DNA from: Trueperaceae bacterium | GTDB lineage: Bacteria; Deinococcota; Deinococci; Deinococcales; Trueperaceae | Length of the DNA stretch: 64,000 bases | Direction of reading: 5' to 3' | NCBI GenBank assembly: GCA_965214405.1 | Contig: OZ243956.1 | Span: forward strand, 1,248,001 to 1,312,000 | Part shown: positions 34,571-44,859 of the stretch, in pieces | How positions within the stretch are numbered: the first letter of the stretch is position 1 | How the letters are laid out: each line of letters starts with the position of its first letter | Notes under the pieces: model-generated | The model's database searches: none | Told to the model about the DNA's origin: nothing | What the model saw: only the letters and a program-made list of their open reading frames with translations | Translations under genes and position numbers: made by a program

Positions 34571-36817
34571 GTGAAAAGTAACCTTCAAGCTGTGTGGGAC
34601 CGCCTGCCTTTGGGCCGCCGTCCGCCCGAACCCGAGGAGGTCAGGTCCTCCGAGGCGGGGGGCCTGGGCACCTTTGGGGGCGTGTTTACTCCGTCCATCC
34701 TGACCATTCTAGGCGTCATTATGTACCTGCGCTTCGGCTGGGTGGTGGGCAACGTCGGGCTTATCGGCACGCTCGCCATCGTGACCTTGGCGACCTCGAT
34801 CACCTTTTTGACGGGGCTGTCCATCTCGAGCATCGCCACCGATCAACGCGTCCGTATCGGCGGGGCCTACTATATGATTTCGCGCTCGCTGGGGATTGAG
34901 ACGGGGGGCGCGGTCGGGATTCCCCTTTATTTTGCGCAAGCCTTGTCCGTGGCGCTCTACACCATCGGCTTTGCGGAGAGTTTGGCGATCGTGTTTCCCA
35001 ACTTTGACCAGCGGACGGTGGGGCTCGTGACAACCATCTTAGTCACGCTGCTCGCGCTCGCGTCGGCCAAGGCGGCCATCCGAGCGCAGTACGTGATCAT
35101 GGCGGCCATCGCGCTGTCGCTCCTGTCGTTGTTGTTTGGACGCCCCCTCGAGCCCACCGAAATCGAACTTTTTGGGGCCGCGCCGCGTTTGTCGGAGCCT
35201 TTTTGGACCGTGTTCGCGGTGTTTTTTCCGGCGGTCACGGGCATCATGGCCGGGGTCAACATGTCGGGCGACCTCAAGGACTCGCGCCGCTCGATTCCGC
35301 GGGGTACTTTAGCGGCCATCGGGGTGGGCTACCTCATTTATATGGGCCTGCCCGTTCTTTTGGCCCTGCGCGCGGACGCGACGACGCTGATTGACGACCC
35401 GCTGGTCATGCGCAAGATGGCGTTTTGGGGCGACGCAATTCTGTTGGGCGTGTGGGGGGCGACGCTCTCGAGCGCGGTCGGCAGCATCCTGGGCGCGCCG
35501 CGCGTGTTGCAAGCTTTAGCGCGCGACGGCGTGTTGCCCCCGCCCCTGCGCTGGCTCGGGCGCGGCAGCGGCGCGGGCGACGAGCCGCGTATCGGCACCC
35601 TATTCACGCTGGCGATTGCGCTTTTTGCGGTTTACTTTGGCAACCTTAACGTGATCGCGCCCATCCTGACGATGTTTTTTCTCACGACCTACGGGGTTCT
35701 TAACGTGGCGGCGGGCGTCGAGCGCTTTTTGGGCTCGCCGTCGTTTCGACCAACATTCAAGGTTCACTGGGTCTGGTCGCTCCTGGGCGCGGTGGGCTGC
35801 GTGGCGGTGATGATTCTTATTAACGCGCTCGCCACGGCGGTGGCGGCGGTGGTGGTGGTGGGCATTTTTGTGTGGCTCGAGCGCCGCTCGCTCCAGACCA
35901 CCTGGGGCGACGTGCGGCAGGGGCTGCTGATGGCGGTGACGCGGGCAGGGCTGCTAAGGTTGGAAACCGCCGACCCCAAAAACTGGCGGCCTCACCTCCT
36001 GGTGCTCTCGGGCGCGCCCACCAGGAGGTGGCACCTGATCGACTTTGCGAACGCGCTCACGCACAACCGCGCGCTCATGACGGTGGCGACCGTGTTGCCC
36101 GACGCGGGCGCAGCGCCGGGGCGGCAGGCGAGTCTCGAGAGCACCATCGAGGAATATTTAGAAAAACGCGGCGTCCAGGCGCTCCTGCGCGTCGTGCGCG
36201 CGCCCGACGCCTTTGCGGGCGCCGAAAAGCTCGTCGACGCCTACGGCCTGGGCGCGCTCGTGCCCAACACCGTCTTGCTGGGCGGCAGCGAGGATGAGGG
36301 GTCGCGCGAACGCTACTGCGCGATGCTCGCCTACTTTCACAAAGCCGAGCGCAACCTCATCATCATCCACGACGACCCGGAGCGCGGCTTCGGCGCGCGC
36401 GAGCGCATCGACGTGTGGTGGGGCGGGCTCAAAAACAACGGCAGCCTGATGATGACCTTGGCCTATTTGCTCAAAACCAGCCTGAGCTGGCGCGGCGCGG
36501 AGGTGCGGCTCAAGATCGTGGTGCCGAGCGCCGCGGGTGCCAAAGATGCAGAAGCCAATTTGCAAGCCATCGCCATGAACCTTCGCACCGGCGCCGTTCC
36601 CGACGTGATTGTGGCCGACGGGCGACCCTTTAACGAGATTCTTAGAGCGTCGTCCGGGGGGGCCGACCTGGTCTTTTTAGGCATGAAAGAGCCCGAACCC
36701 GGCGGCGACTACGCGCGCTATTACGAGGGACTGCTCGCCAGAACGGCAGGGCTGCCGACCACGGCGTTTGTGCTGGCGGCGGAAGACCTCGAGTTTGAGG
36801 AGATTATGGACACATAG
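34571..36817 (+). CDS. Cation-chloride cotransporter (SLC12/CCC)-like APC transporter
   Basis: GVFTPSILTILGVIMYLR, GGAYYMISRSLG, FFPAVTGIMAG.NMSGDLK, KNWRP, IDVWW in the C-terminal domain. Confidence 0.88.
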   Translation: MKSNLQAVWDRLPLGRRPPEPEEVRSSEAGGLGTFGGVFTPSILTILGVIMYLRFGWVVGNVGLIGTLAIVTLATSITFLTGLSISSIATDQRVRIGGAYYMISRSLGIETGGAVGIPLYFAQALSVALYTIGFAESLAIVFPNFDQRTVGLVTTILVTLLALASAKAAIRAQYVIMAAIALSLLSLLFGRPLEPTEIELFGAAPRLSEPFWTVFAVFFPAVTGIMAGVNMSGDLKDSRRSIPRGTLAAIGVGYLIYMGLPVLLALRADATTLIDDPLVMRKMAFWGDAILLGVWGATLSSAVGSILGAPRVLQALARDGVLPPPLRWLGRGSGAGDEPRIGTLFTLAIALFAVYFGNLNVIAPILTMFFLTTYGVLNVAAGVERFLGSPSFRPTFKVHWVWSLLGAVGCVAVMILINALATAVAAVVVVGIFVWLERRSLQTTWGDVRQGLLMAVTRAGLLRLETADPKNWRPHLLVLSGAPTRRWHLIDFANALTHNRALMTVATVLPDAGAAPGRQASLESTIEEYLEKRGVQALLRVVRAPDAFAGAEKLVDAYGLGALVPNTVLLGGSEDEGSRERYCAMLAYFHKAERNLIIIHDDPERGFGARERIDVWWGGLKNNGSLMMTLAYLLKTSLSWRGAEVRLKIVVPSAAGAKDAEANLQAIAMNLRTGAVPDVIVADGRPFNEILRASSGGADLVFLGMKEPEPGGDYARYYEGLLARTAGLPTTAFVLAAEDLEFEEIMDT

Positions 36818-36890
36818 GGCTTGGGGCGCTCGAGCCCTACTAAGGTTTGGTTAGACGGACATCAAGTTTTAGAGCTTGAGGGGAAAAGGT

Positions 36891-37476
36891 TCAATTTGCG
36901 TCACACAACATTAGGGAAACACCATCAATAGTGATGGCAGCCATGCTGTAAACATTGACGCCATTACCCGTAACACGCGCTAGCGTAACTGTATTGACTA
37001 TGCTGGTAGTCACCTGGAACAAAGGTTCATAAGTGTAGTTGTCGGCTTCTAGTGCATCTAAATACTCAACCGCCAGCCCAGCCGTGTCACGGCTAACAAA
37101 AAAGTAAGTTTCGCCTGTGCAGCTAGAGTAGTCGCTAGCGGAAAGTAGTTGATTCATCCCTGTAAGAATGTCTTGATTAACCGGTCGAGAAATCCCCACA
37201 GAAGGAACTACGGCTGCTACATTACCTGCCCCACCCTCACCAGATATCTTTGAAGTTAAGATTAAAATTTGCCCAACTTCAATTTGATTAGGGTCACTTA
37301 TATTATTGAGCGTAATTAACGTATCAACATCCACACCAGTTTTCTGACTTATCAGACCAAGAGAGTCACCTGGTTGTACTTCGTATCTTTCATTAGCGAA
37401 CTCAACATCTACTTGAGCAAAAGCTAAAGAAATAGAGGGCGCTCAAGACAACCAGCAGTTTGAAGGTCTTTTTCAT
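36891..37476 (-). pseudogene. AT-rich secreted LysM protein with a frameshift in the signal peptide
   Basis: MKKTFKLLVVLSAL, frameshift, ISLAFAQ..YEVQPGDSLGLISQKTGVDVDTLITLNNISDPNQIEVGQIL. Confidence 0.7.
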
Positions 37477-37675
37477 TCATTTCTCCCTTACGTGTCGAAG
37501 TACAGAATGGAAGCCATAACCACAGTGGACAGCTCATTCTACAAGCTTTTGGGCGAGTTGTCTTAAATACTGTGACCTACATGTTGGCTGAGGCTTGTAA
37601 GTAAGCGCGCACACGCTGTATAATGCTTTCAGGAAAGAACCCAACTGCCTTGTAAGGTTGTTTCGAGGTGTTTGT

Positions 37676-37703
37676 GGGGTGGGTGCATAAGGCCCGCCCT
37701 TTT
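37676..37703 (+). promoter_or_regulatory. rimP-leader-type hairpin
   Basis: GGGGTGGG..CCCGCCC-TTTT downstream of TATAAT (37619-37624). Confidence 0.55.
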
Positions 37704-37793
37704 ATGTTGGGACTAAAGGACCTTCAGCAGGACACGTCGCGCCGCCAACCCAGCCCCGCGTTTCACCACCTGTTGAAGGCGCAGGAGGTGGAG

Positions 37794-38237
37794 ATGGATT
37801 TAGAGGAAGCGGCGCAGCGCGTACTGGAACCCTTAGGATTTGAGGTTTTGGAGCTTACCGTGGGCGGCAAGGGAGCCAAACGGCTCTTGCTCCTGCGCAT
37901 CGACCGGGCGGACGAGGGTATCGTCGCTATGGAAGACGTGAGCCTAGCGACCGAGGTGTTCGGCTTGGAGCTAGACCGGCTAGACCCGTTTGAGAGCCCG
38001 TACCGGCTCGAGGTCGAGTCCCCCGGCCCCGAACGCCCGCTCTTTCGGGCACGTCACTTCGAACGCTTTCATGACCTGCTCGCCAAGGTGCGCGTCGGCA
38101 ATGAAACGTTTAAGGGTACTGTGCGCGAGGTGTCGGAAGATAAGGTCATTTTTGAGGTAGACGGCGAGAAGCGTACCGTCAAACTCTCGGACATCGGCAG
38201 CGCCCGTTTGGCCGAGTGGCCCGACACGCCGCGCTAA
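37794..38237 (+). CDS. rimP: Ribosome maturation factor RimP
   Basis: LRID, DPF..PYRLEVESPGPERPL; upstream of nusA. Confidence 0.93.
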   Translation: MDLEEAAQRVLEPLGFEVLELTVGGKGAKRLLLLRIDRADEGIVAMEDVSLATEVFGLELDRLDPFESPYRLEVESPGPERPLFRARHFERFHDLLAKVRVGNETFKGTVREVSEDKVIFEVDGEKRTVKLSDIGSARLAEWPDTPR

Positions 38238-38372
38238 GATATATCCCGCTAAGCTACGCCTTTTAGGACGCGCCCTTCAAAACACACCGTGCTAGAGGCG
38301 TCAAGATTAAGTTTGAGCAGGACGAAGGTTCGTTAAACCGGTCTTTAGGACCCACAACCGAATAGGAGACGT

Positions 38373-39635
38373 ATGAACAAAGAATTTATCGACGCACTCA
38401 ACCAACTCGCGGTCGAGCGCAATCTGGACAAGGAGCAGCTTCTGACGAGTTTCGAGGAGGCGCTCGAGCAGGCCTATGAACGCAACGTGGAGCCCGGCAA
38501 GGCCATCGAGGTCGAGGTGGACCCCGAAACGGGCGAAATCGAGGTGTTGGTCGTCAAGCGCGTGGTCGAGACCGTCGAGGACCCGGAGACGGAAATGAGT
38601 CTGGAGGACGCGCTCGAGCTCGACCCCACCATCGAGGTGGGCATGGAGATGGAGTTTCCCGTCGACCCCGACCGCTTTACGCGCATCGCGGTGCAGACGA
38701 CCAAACAGGTCATCACCCAGAAAATCCGTGAGGCGGAGCGCACCATCGTTTTTGACGAATATAAAGACCGCGAGGGCGAGGTCTTGACGGCGGTCGTGTC
38801 CAGAACCGACAACAAGCGCAACGTCTTTGTGGATTTAGGACGCGGCGAGGCCATCATGCCGCCCAAGGAGCAGATTCAGGGCGAGCGGTACATGGTCGGG
38901 ATGCGCGTCAAGGTCTACGTCGGCAAGGTCGAACTCTCGACGCGCGGTCCCAGCATCTTGGTGTCGCGCGCCGCGCCCGAACTCTTGCAGTACCTCATGC
39001 GCCAGGAAATCCCCGAGGTCGCCGACGACACGGTCGAAATCAAGGCCATCGCGCGCGAGGCGGGGCAGCGCTCCAAGGTGGCGGTGATGAGCCGCAACTC
39101 GAACGTTGACCCCATCGGCGCGTGCATCGGTCACCGCGGCTCGCGCATCCAGTCGGTCACCGCCGAGCTGCAACGCGAGCGCGTCGACATCATCATGTGG
39201 GATCCCTCCCCGCGCGAATTTATCCGCAACGCCCTCTCGCCTGCCAAAGTCGGGATGATCGACATCGACACCGACGCGGGCGAGGTCAAGGTGATGGTCG
39301 CCAACGATCAGCTCTCCTTGGCGATTGGCAAGGGCGGACAAAACGTGCGCTTGGCGGCCAAACTCACGGGCTACAAAATCGACCTCGTCGCCTCTGAAAG
39401 CGTGTCAGACTTAGACGCGGCGATGCAAGCGGCGGCCTCACGCTTAGAGGACGCGCCCCTGCCCGTCACCAGCGACAGCAAGCGCGCCGCCTTTGACGCG
39501 CTCTTTAGCGCCTCGCCCGAGGCGGCCAAAGAGAAGGCGGCCAAAGAGGATGAGAAGCCCGAAGAAATTCGAGCAGAGAGCGCAGAGGAGACCGAAGCAG
39601 AAAGAGTCAAGGCAGAGGCGGGCGCGGAGGGTTAG
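38373..39635 (+). CDS. nusA: Transcription factor NusA
   Basis: AREAGQRSKVAV, DPIGACIG, QLSLAIGKGGQNVRLAAKLTG. Confidence 0.97.
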   Translation: MNKEFIDALNQLAVERNLDKEQLLTSFEEALEQAYERNVEPGKAIEVEVDPETGEIEVLVVKRVVETVEDPETEMSLEDALELDPTIEVGMEMEFPVDPDRFTRIAVQTTKQVITQKIREAERTIVFDEYKDREGEVLTAVVSRTDNKRNVFVDLGRGEAIMPPKEQIQGERYMVGMRVKVYVGKVELSTRGPSILVSRAAPELLQYLMRQEIPEVADDTVEIKAIAREAGQRSKVAVMSRNSNVDPIGACIGHRGSRIQSVTAELQRERVDIIMWDPSPREFIRNALSPAKVGMIDIDTDAGEVKVMVANDQLSLAIGKGGQNVRLAAKLTGYKIDLVASESVSDLDAAMQAAASRLEDAPLPVTSDSKRAAFDALFSASPEAAKEKAAKEDEKPEEIRAESAEETEAERVKAEAGAEG

Positions 39636-39637
39636 AG

Positions 39638-40033
39638 GTGGGAACGAAGGGCGAGGGGACTTACGGCAAACACGTGCCGATGAGGCGCTGCGTGGTCTGC
39701 CGTACGTCGAGACCGCAGCGCGAGCTCGAGCGCTTCTACCAACGTGACAGCACCTGGCACCACGACCCCAAGCGCCGCGCGGGCGGGCGCGGTGCTTGGG
39801 TCTGCACGGAAGACGAAACTTGTCATAAAACCAAGGCGCTTAGGCGAGCCTTCCGGGCGCAGGCGGAGACGGTGAGCAGCCTTCTTCAGGCTCACCGGAC
39901 CTTGAAAGACGCTGAGCAAGACGATCAGCAAAAAGCGTCCGCCGCTCGTACTCACCCCACCGCAAACATCCCACAACATCCCACACAGCCCTCTACACAA
40001 AATCCCAAAACCCAAGGAGACCTGGATGTCTGA
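39638..40033 (+). CDS. ylxR: YlxR (DUF448) RNA-binding protein
   Basis: HVPMRRCVVCR, GRGAWVC; between nusA and infB. Confidence 0.88.
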   Translation: MGTKGEGTYGKHVPMRRCVVCRTSRPQRELERFYQRDSTWHHDPKRRAGGRGAWVCTEDETCHKTKALRRAFRAQAETVSSLLQAHRTLKDAEQDDQQKASAARTHPTANIPQHPTQPSTQNPKTQGDLDV

Positions 40034-41855
40034 AAAAGTTCGTATTTATCAGCTCGCCAAAGAGCTAAACCTAGAGACCAAGGACATGCTCGAGCTTTTA
40101 GACAGCATCGGCGTCGAGTATAAGTCGCACTCGAGCACCATCGACGAAGAAACCGCCGAAACGGTGCGCCAGCTCGCCGAGGACGCGCGCGGCGATTCCG
40201 GGAGCGCGGCACCGGGTGATGCACCCGCAGCCGCGCCCGCAGAACCTGTAGCCGCAGCCTCCACAGGAACCACGGCAACAGCACCCTCCACCTCCGGCTC
40301 CGCGCAGGCGGTGCAGGAGCGTCCCAAGGTGAGTCCCGACGCGCCCCATAGAGCGCCCGTGGTGACCATCATGGGCCACGTCGACCACGGCAAAACGACG
40401 CTTCTGGACTATATCCGCGAAACCAAGGTGGCCGAGGGCGAGGCGGGCGGCATTACCCAGCACATCGGCGCGTATCAGGCCGAGACCCCAGGCGGGCTGA
40501 TTACCTTTTTGGATACGCCCGGTCACGAAGCGTTCACGACGATTCGCCAGCGCGGGGCGTCGGCGACCGACATCGCGGTCATCGTGGTGGCCGCGGACGA
40601 TTCCATCATGCCGCAGACGCGCGAGGCCATCGCGCACGCCAAGGCGGCGAGCGTGCCCATCATCGTCGCCATCAACAAAACCGACCTGCCCCAGGCCAAC
40701 CCCGACCGCGTGATGCAAGACCTCATGCGCGTCGAACTCGTGCCCGAGGCCTACGGCGGCGACACCATCACCGTGCCCATCAGCGCCAAGACGGGCGCAG
40801 GCGTCGATGATTTATTGGAGATGATTTCGCTCGTGGCCGAGGTTGAGGACCTGCGCGCACCTGTAGACGGAACTGCGCAGGGCGTCGTGATTGAGTCCGT
40901 GCTCGACAAGCGCGCGGGCGTGCTTGCGACCATTCTGGTTCAGGAAGGCACGCTCCACGTGTCGGATTACGTCGTCTCGGGTGAAGCTTGGGCCAAAATC
41001 CGCGCCATGACCGATTCCACGGGCGAGCGCGTCAAGGAGGCGGGGCCGTCGGTGCCCGTGCAGATTCTGGGCTTTTCCGAGCAGCCGCTGGCGGGCTCCA
41101 AAATCGTCGCGGCACCCGACGAAACGACCGCCAAGGCGGTTGTCGGCGAGCGCCGCGAGACGCGCGAGGACGACGAGCGCGAGCGTATCGGCAAAAAAGG
41201 CGTGACCCTGGCCGACCTTTTCAGCAAGCCCAAAGTGGCGACGGTCAACCTCATCGTGCGCGCGGATACGCAGGGGTCGTTGGAGGCCATTAAGGGCGTG
41301 ATTGCCAGGGAGGGCGAGGCCACCGAGGACGTGGACTTGCACATCATGCTCGACGCGGTGGGCGCGCCCACCGAGGCCGACCTGCTCTTGGCCGGAACTG
41401 CCGACGCAACCGTCATCGCCTTTGGCGTGAACCCGGCGGGCAGCGTGAAAAAGGCCGCCGAGCGCCAGGGCATCCCCTTAAAAACCTACCGGATTATTTA
41501 CGACCTCATCGAGGACGTGCAGCGCCTCGTCCGGGGCCAGATCGAGCCCGAGTTCGAAGAGAGAACCCTCGGCCACGCCGAGATTCGCCAGGTCATCGCG
41601 GTGCCGCGCTCCGGGACCATCGCCGGGTCGTACGTGACCGACGGACTCATGCGCCGCGGTGCCAAGGCCCGCCTTACGAGGGGCGGCAAGGAAGTCTACA
41701 AGGGCTCCATCGCGGGGCTCAGGCGCTTTAAGGACGACGTGCGCGAGGTGCAAAACGGCTTCGAGTGCGGTATCAACCTGCAAAACTACGAGAACGTGCA
41801 AGAGGGAGACATCATAGAAGCCTACGAAATGGTCGAGGTGCCCGCTCGAGTCTAA
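40026..41855 (+). CDS. infB: Translation initiation factor IF-2
   Basis: [39 protein letters not shown]. Confidence 0.98.
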   Translation: MSEKVRIYQLAKELNLETKDMLELLDSIGVEYKSHSSTIDEETAETVRQLAEDARGDSGSAAPGDAPAAAPAEPVAAASTGTTATAPSTSGSAQAVQERPKVSPDAPHRAPVVTIMGHVDHGKTTLLDYIRETKVAEGEAGGITQHIGAYQAETPGGLITFLDTPGHEAFTTIRQRGASATDIAVIVVAADDSIMPQTREAIAHAKAASVPIIVAINKTDLPQANPDRVMQDLMRVELVPEAYGGDTITVPISAKTGAGVDDLLEMISLVAEVEDLRAPVDGTAQGVVIESVLDKRAGVLATILVQEGTLHVSDYVVSGEAWAKIRAMTDSTGERVKEAGPSVPVQILGFSEQPLAGSKIVAAPDETTAKAVVGERRETREDDERERIGKKGVTLADLFSKPKVATVNLIVRADTQGSLEAIKGVIAREGEATEDVDLHIMLDAVGAPTEADLLLAGTADATVIAFGVNPAGSVKKAAERQGIPLKTYRIIYDLIEDVQRLVRGQIEPEFEERTLGHAEIRQVIAVPRSGTIAGSYVTDGLMRRGAKARLTRGGKEVYKGSIAGLRRFKDDVREVQNGFECGINLQNYENVQEGDIIEAYEMVEVPARV

Positions 41856-41931
41856 GGCTCGAGGGCGCGGCGTGAATTTACGCCTACGCAGCCTCCTCTA
41901 TCAAGGTTAGGATAAAGGTCGGAATGAACGC

Positions 41932-42255
41932 GTGTTAGACCAAAGAGCGTCGTGGTTGGTATGGGGTTTTTGCTGGGCGCTGTTAACAGCCCCGGCTTTC
42001 CCCTTGACGCCTCACAAGGCGCAGGGGAGCGCACCAGATCACGCGGCGGCGGGGATGCAGAGCCCGGTGCTGGCGCTCGAGCCCGCCCTCCACCTCAAAA
42101 TGGCGAGCGTGGGGGCGGCACCTTCTTTTTCAGACCTCTCCTTCAAACATCGCATTGTGGAGCGTCCGCTGGGGCGGGTGTCAAAACCTGCTCCCACTCA
42201 GAAGACCCGGACGCTCCTTATTCTTTTGCAGCGGTTGCAGCTCGAGGGCGGCTAA
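41932..42255 (+). CDS. secDF upstream ORF; candidate secretion-monitor / arrest peptide
   Basis: Hydrophobic N-terminus, Pro/Ala-rich linker, C-terminal LLILLQRLQLEGG; directly upstream of secDF. Confidence 0.55.
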   Translation: MLDQRASWLVWGFCWALLTAPAFPLTPHKAQGSAPDHAAAGMQSPVLALEPALHLKMASVGAAPSFSDLSFKHRIVERPLGRVSKPAPTQKTRTLLILLQRLQLEGG

Positions 42256-42391
42256 CAGGGATATGTAGAGCAAAATCCAGTAGATTTTGCTCCTAACGTT
42301 GACATTTATGTCTTAAATTGCAGCTTGAACGTACCCCTTTCAACGCTAGACGCCGACATACCTTTTTCTGTCGGCACCCCTTAGGAGTGAT

Positions 42392-44569
42392 ATGAACCGA
42401 CGTTCTTTAACCGGCATCGTGGTGCTCGGCGCGCTTTTGGCCGCCGTTCTTTACATGTGGCAGCCCTGGAATGCGGGCAGCAGCCCCATCAAGCTGGGCC
42501 TCGATTTGCAGGGCGGGCTGCGCGTGGTGTTGCAGGCGCAAGAGGCCAATCCCTCTCGAGAAGACTTAGACGCGGCGCGGAGCGTGATCGAAAACCGCGT
42601 CAACGCCTTTGGCGTGGCCGAGCCCGTCATCCAAACCTCGGGCGACAACCGCATCGTGGTCGAACTGCCCGGCTTGTCCTCGGCGGACCAGGACCGCGCG
42701 CTGGACCTGATTGGTCAGCAGGCGGTGCTCGAGTTTAGGCTCGTCAGGCCCGGCGCGGCGGAGCCGTTCACCTTGGACGACTTAGAGCCCGCCGCCTTTA
42801 CGGGTGAGGTTTTGCAAGACGCCAGCGCCGACTTTAACCGGGTGGGCAACGCGACGCTGGGCGGGGCGCTCGTCTATTTTGAGGTCAAACGAGAGTTCGC
42901 AGGTCAGTTTGGCGACTTTACCTCGAGCAACATCGGGCGGCGCATGGCAATCGTGCTCGACGACAACATTCAGAGCGCCCCCACGATTCAGGCGCGCATC
43001 GCCGACTCGGGGCAGATTACGGGGGACTTTACGCTCGAGGAGGCCAGCGACTTGGCCCTGGTGCTCCGCAGCGGGAGCTTGCCCATCACCCTCCAGACCG
43101 AAGAGGTGCGCGCGGTCGGGCCGAGCCTGGGTCAAGACTCGATCAACGCGGGCGCGCGCGCGGCGCTTATCGGCGGCGCGGCGGTGGTCGTGACGATTCT
43201 CTTGTACTACGGCCCGCTCTTTGGGGGCGTGCTCACGGTGGGTTTGCTTTACATCATGGCGCTCGTGTTCGGCGTCCTCGCGGGGCTGGGCGCCGCGCTC
43301 ACGCTGCCCGGTCTGGCGGGCTTGGTGCTGACGATTGGCGCGGCGGTCGACGGCAACGTGATTTCGTTCGAGCGCATTAAAGAAGAACTGCGTGACGGTA
43401 AAAGCTTGCGCTTGGCGATGCGGGGCGGCTTCGGCAACTCGCTCTCGGCCATCATTGACGCGAACGTGACGACGCTCCTCGCCGCCGCCGCGCTCTACCA
43501 ATACACCTCGGGTCCGGTGCGCGGGTTTGCCATCACCCTGGCCATCGGTATCGTCGCGGCCGTGTTCGTCAACATCGTGGTGGTGCCCTTCCTTCTCGAC
43601 GTGCTCACGCTCCGGTTCAGGCGTCCCTTGATGCCCAACGGGTTTTATGCGCGAGGCTTCAAGTTCATCAAGCGCGCCCCCATCGTGATGACGCTGTCGG
43701 GCATCCTGGCGGTGTCGGCGCTCGTGGTGGTCTTTGCCAAAGACTTAAACCTCTCGACCGACTTTACGGGCGGGAGCAACGTCTTGTTGAGCGTCAACGA
43801 CGCGACGACCGTTAACGACGTGCGCGGCGCCATCGACTCGCTCGGCATCGCGGGCGTGAGCGGGAGCGGCGCGACGGTGCAGGAAGTGCAAGACGCGACG
43901 ATCGAGGGCAAGGAGATATTGGTTCGGGTCGGCTTGACGCAGACGCAGGGCTCGAGCGAAACCTTCCCGACCGCGTTAGCGACCGCGGTGGGCGGGCGCG
44001 TGCTCCAGGCGGACTTCGTCGGCCCCTCGGTGGGTCAGGATCTGCGCACGGGCGCGTGGTACGCCGTCGCGGTGGCTTTTTCCCTCATCCTCCTCTACGT
44101 GGGCTGGAGATTCTGGCCCAACTGGATCGTCGCCATCGCCGCGATTATCGCGTCCATTCACGACGTGGGCATCGTGATGGGCTTTTTGGACCTCATCAAC
44201 GCCGAATTCAGCATCCCGGTGCTCGCGGCGCTCCTTTTCGTCGTGGGTTACTCGCTCAACGATTCCATCATCATCGCCGACCGCATCCGCGAGAATTTGC
44301 GTAAAGTCCGCGGGGCCAACTACCGCGAGATTGTGGACATGTCGGTCAACCAAACCCTGTCCCGCACGCTCATGACCTCGGGCACGACGCTCCTTCCCGT
44401 GCTGGCTCTGTTCTTCTTCGGCGGCAGCGTGCTCCGCGACTTTAGCACCACGCTGTTGGTCGGGATCGGCTTCGGGACGTACTCGAGCATCTTCATCCTG
44501 GCCCCGATGGTCGTGTGGTTCAAGGAGCGCCAGCGCCCGGGCAACCGCGCGCGGCGCAAAGCAGCTTAA
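42392..44569 (+). CDS. secDF: Fused protein translocase subunit SecDF
   Basis: LGLDLQGG, GVAEP, RSGSLP, AVDGNV..ERIKEE, DFTGG, GYSLND..DRIRE. Confidence 0.96.
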   Translation: MNRRSLTGIVVLGALLAAVLYMWQPWNAGSSPIKLGLDLQGGLRVVLQAQEANPSREDLDAARSVIENRVNAFGVAEPVIQTSGDNRIVVELPGLSSADQDRALDLIGQQAVLEFRLVRPGAAEPFTLDDLEPAAFTGEVLQDASADFNRVGNATLGGALVYFEVKREFAGQFGDFTSSNIGRRMAIVLDDNIQSAPTIQARIADSGQITGDFTLEEASDLALVLRSGSLPITLQTEEVRAVGPSLGQDSINAGARAALIGGAAVVVTILLYYGPLFGGVLTVGLLYIMALVFGVLAGLGAALTLPGLAGLVLTIGAAVDGNVISFERIKEELRDGKSLRLAMRGGFGNSLSAIIDANVTTLLAAAALYQYTSGPVRGFAITLAIGIVAAVFVNIVVVPFLLDVLTLRFRRPLMPNGFYARGFKFIKRAPIVMTLSGILAVSALVVVFAKDLNLSTDFTGGSNVLLSVNDATTVNDVRGAIDSLGIAGVSGSGATVQEVQDATIEGKEILVRVGLTQTQGSSETFPTALATAVGGRVLQADFVGPSVGQDLRTGAWYAVAVAFSLILLYVGWRFWPNWIVAIAAIIASIHDVGIVMGFLDLINAEFSIPVLAALLFVVGYSLNDSIIIADRIRENLRKVRGANYREIVDMSVNQTLSRTLMTSGTTLLPVLALFFFGGSVLRDFSTTLLVGIGFGTYSSIFILAPMVVWFKERQRPGNRARRKAA

Positions 44570-44590
44570 AGCTCTTAGCCTCTTCGCCTG

Positions 44591-44615
44591 GCCGCTCCCC
44601 GAGGGGAGCGGCTTT
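44591..44615 (+). terminator. Terminator after secDF
   Basis: GCCGCTCCCC-GA-GGGGAGCGGC-TTT. Confidence 0.75.
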
Positions 44616-44654
44616 CGGTTGACCTCTTTCGGTTGACCTCTTTTGGTTGACCTC
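44613..44654. repeat. 3 x 14-bp tandem repeat
   Basis: TTTCGGTTGACCTC TTTCGGTTGACCTC TTTTGGTTGACCTC. Confidence 0.85.
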
Positions 44655-44859
44655 GGCGGCTTGAGATTGGGTACAAAAGACCTCACGACCGCTTTTCACG
44701 TTAGAGTCGCAAACAGGTTTTAGACCACTGCCGCTTGAGGGACAGGGCTGCTACGTTACCCCGCTCACCGTCTATCAGCCACTGTTTGTCAGCCACCATT
44801 TGTCAGCTACCGTCTCAGAACGGCTACCTCGCCCCGGCGTGGCCCCGTATACTGAAGCT

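Noticed and set aside
44613..44654. Possible CRISPR array
   Set aside because: Repeats are 14 bp with no spacers, and there are no cas genes. No CRISPR array was seen in the window.
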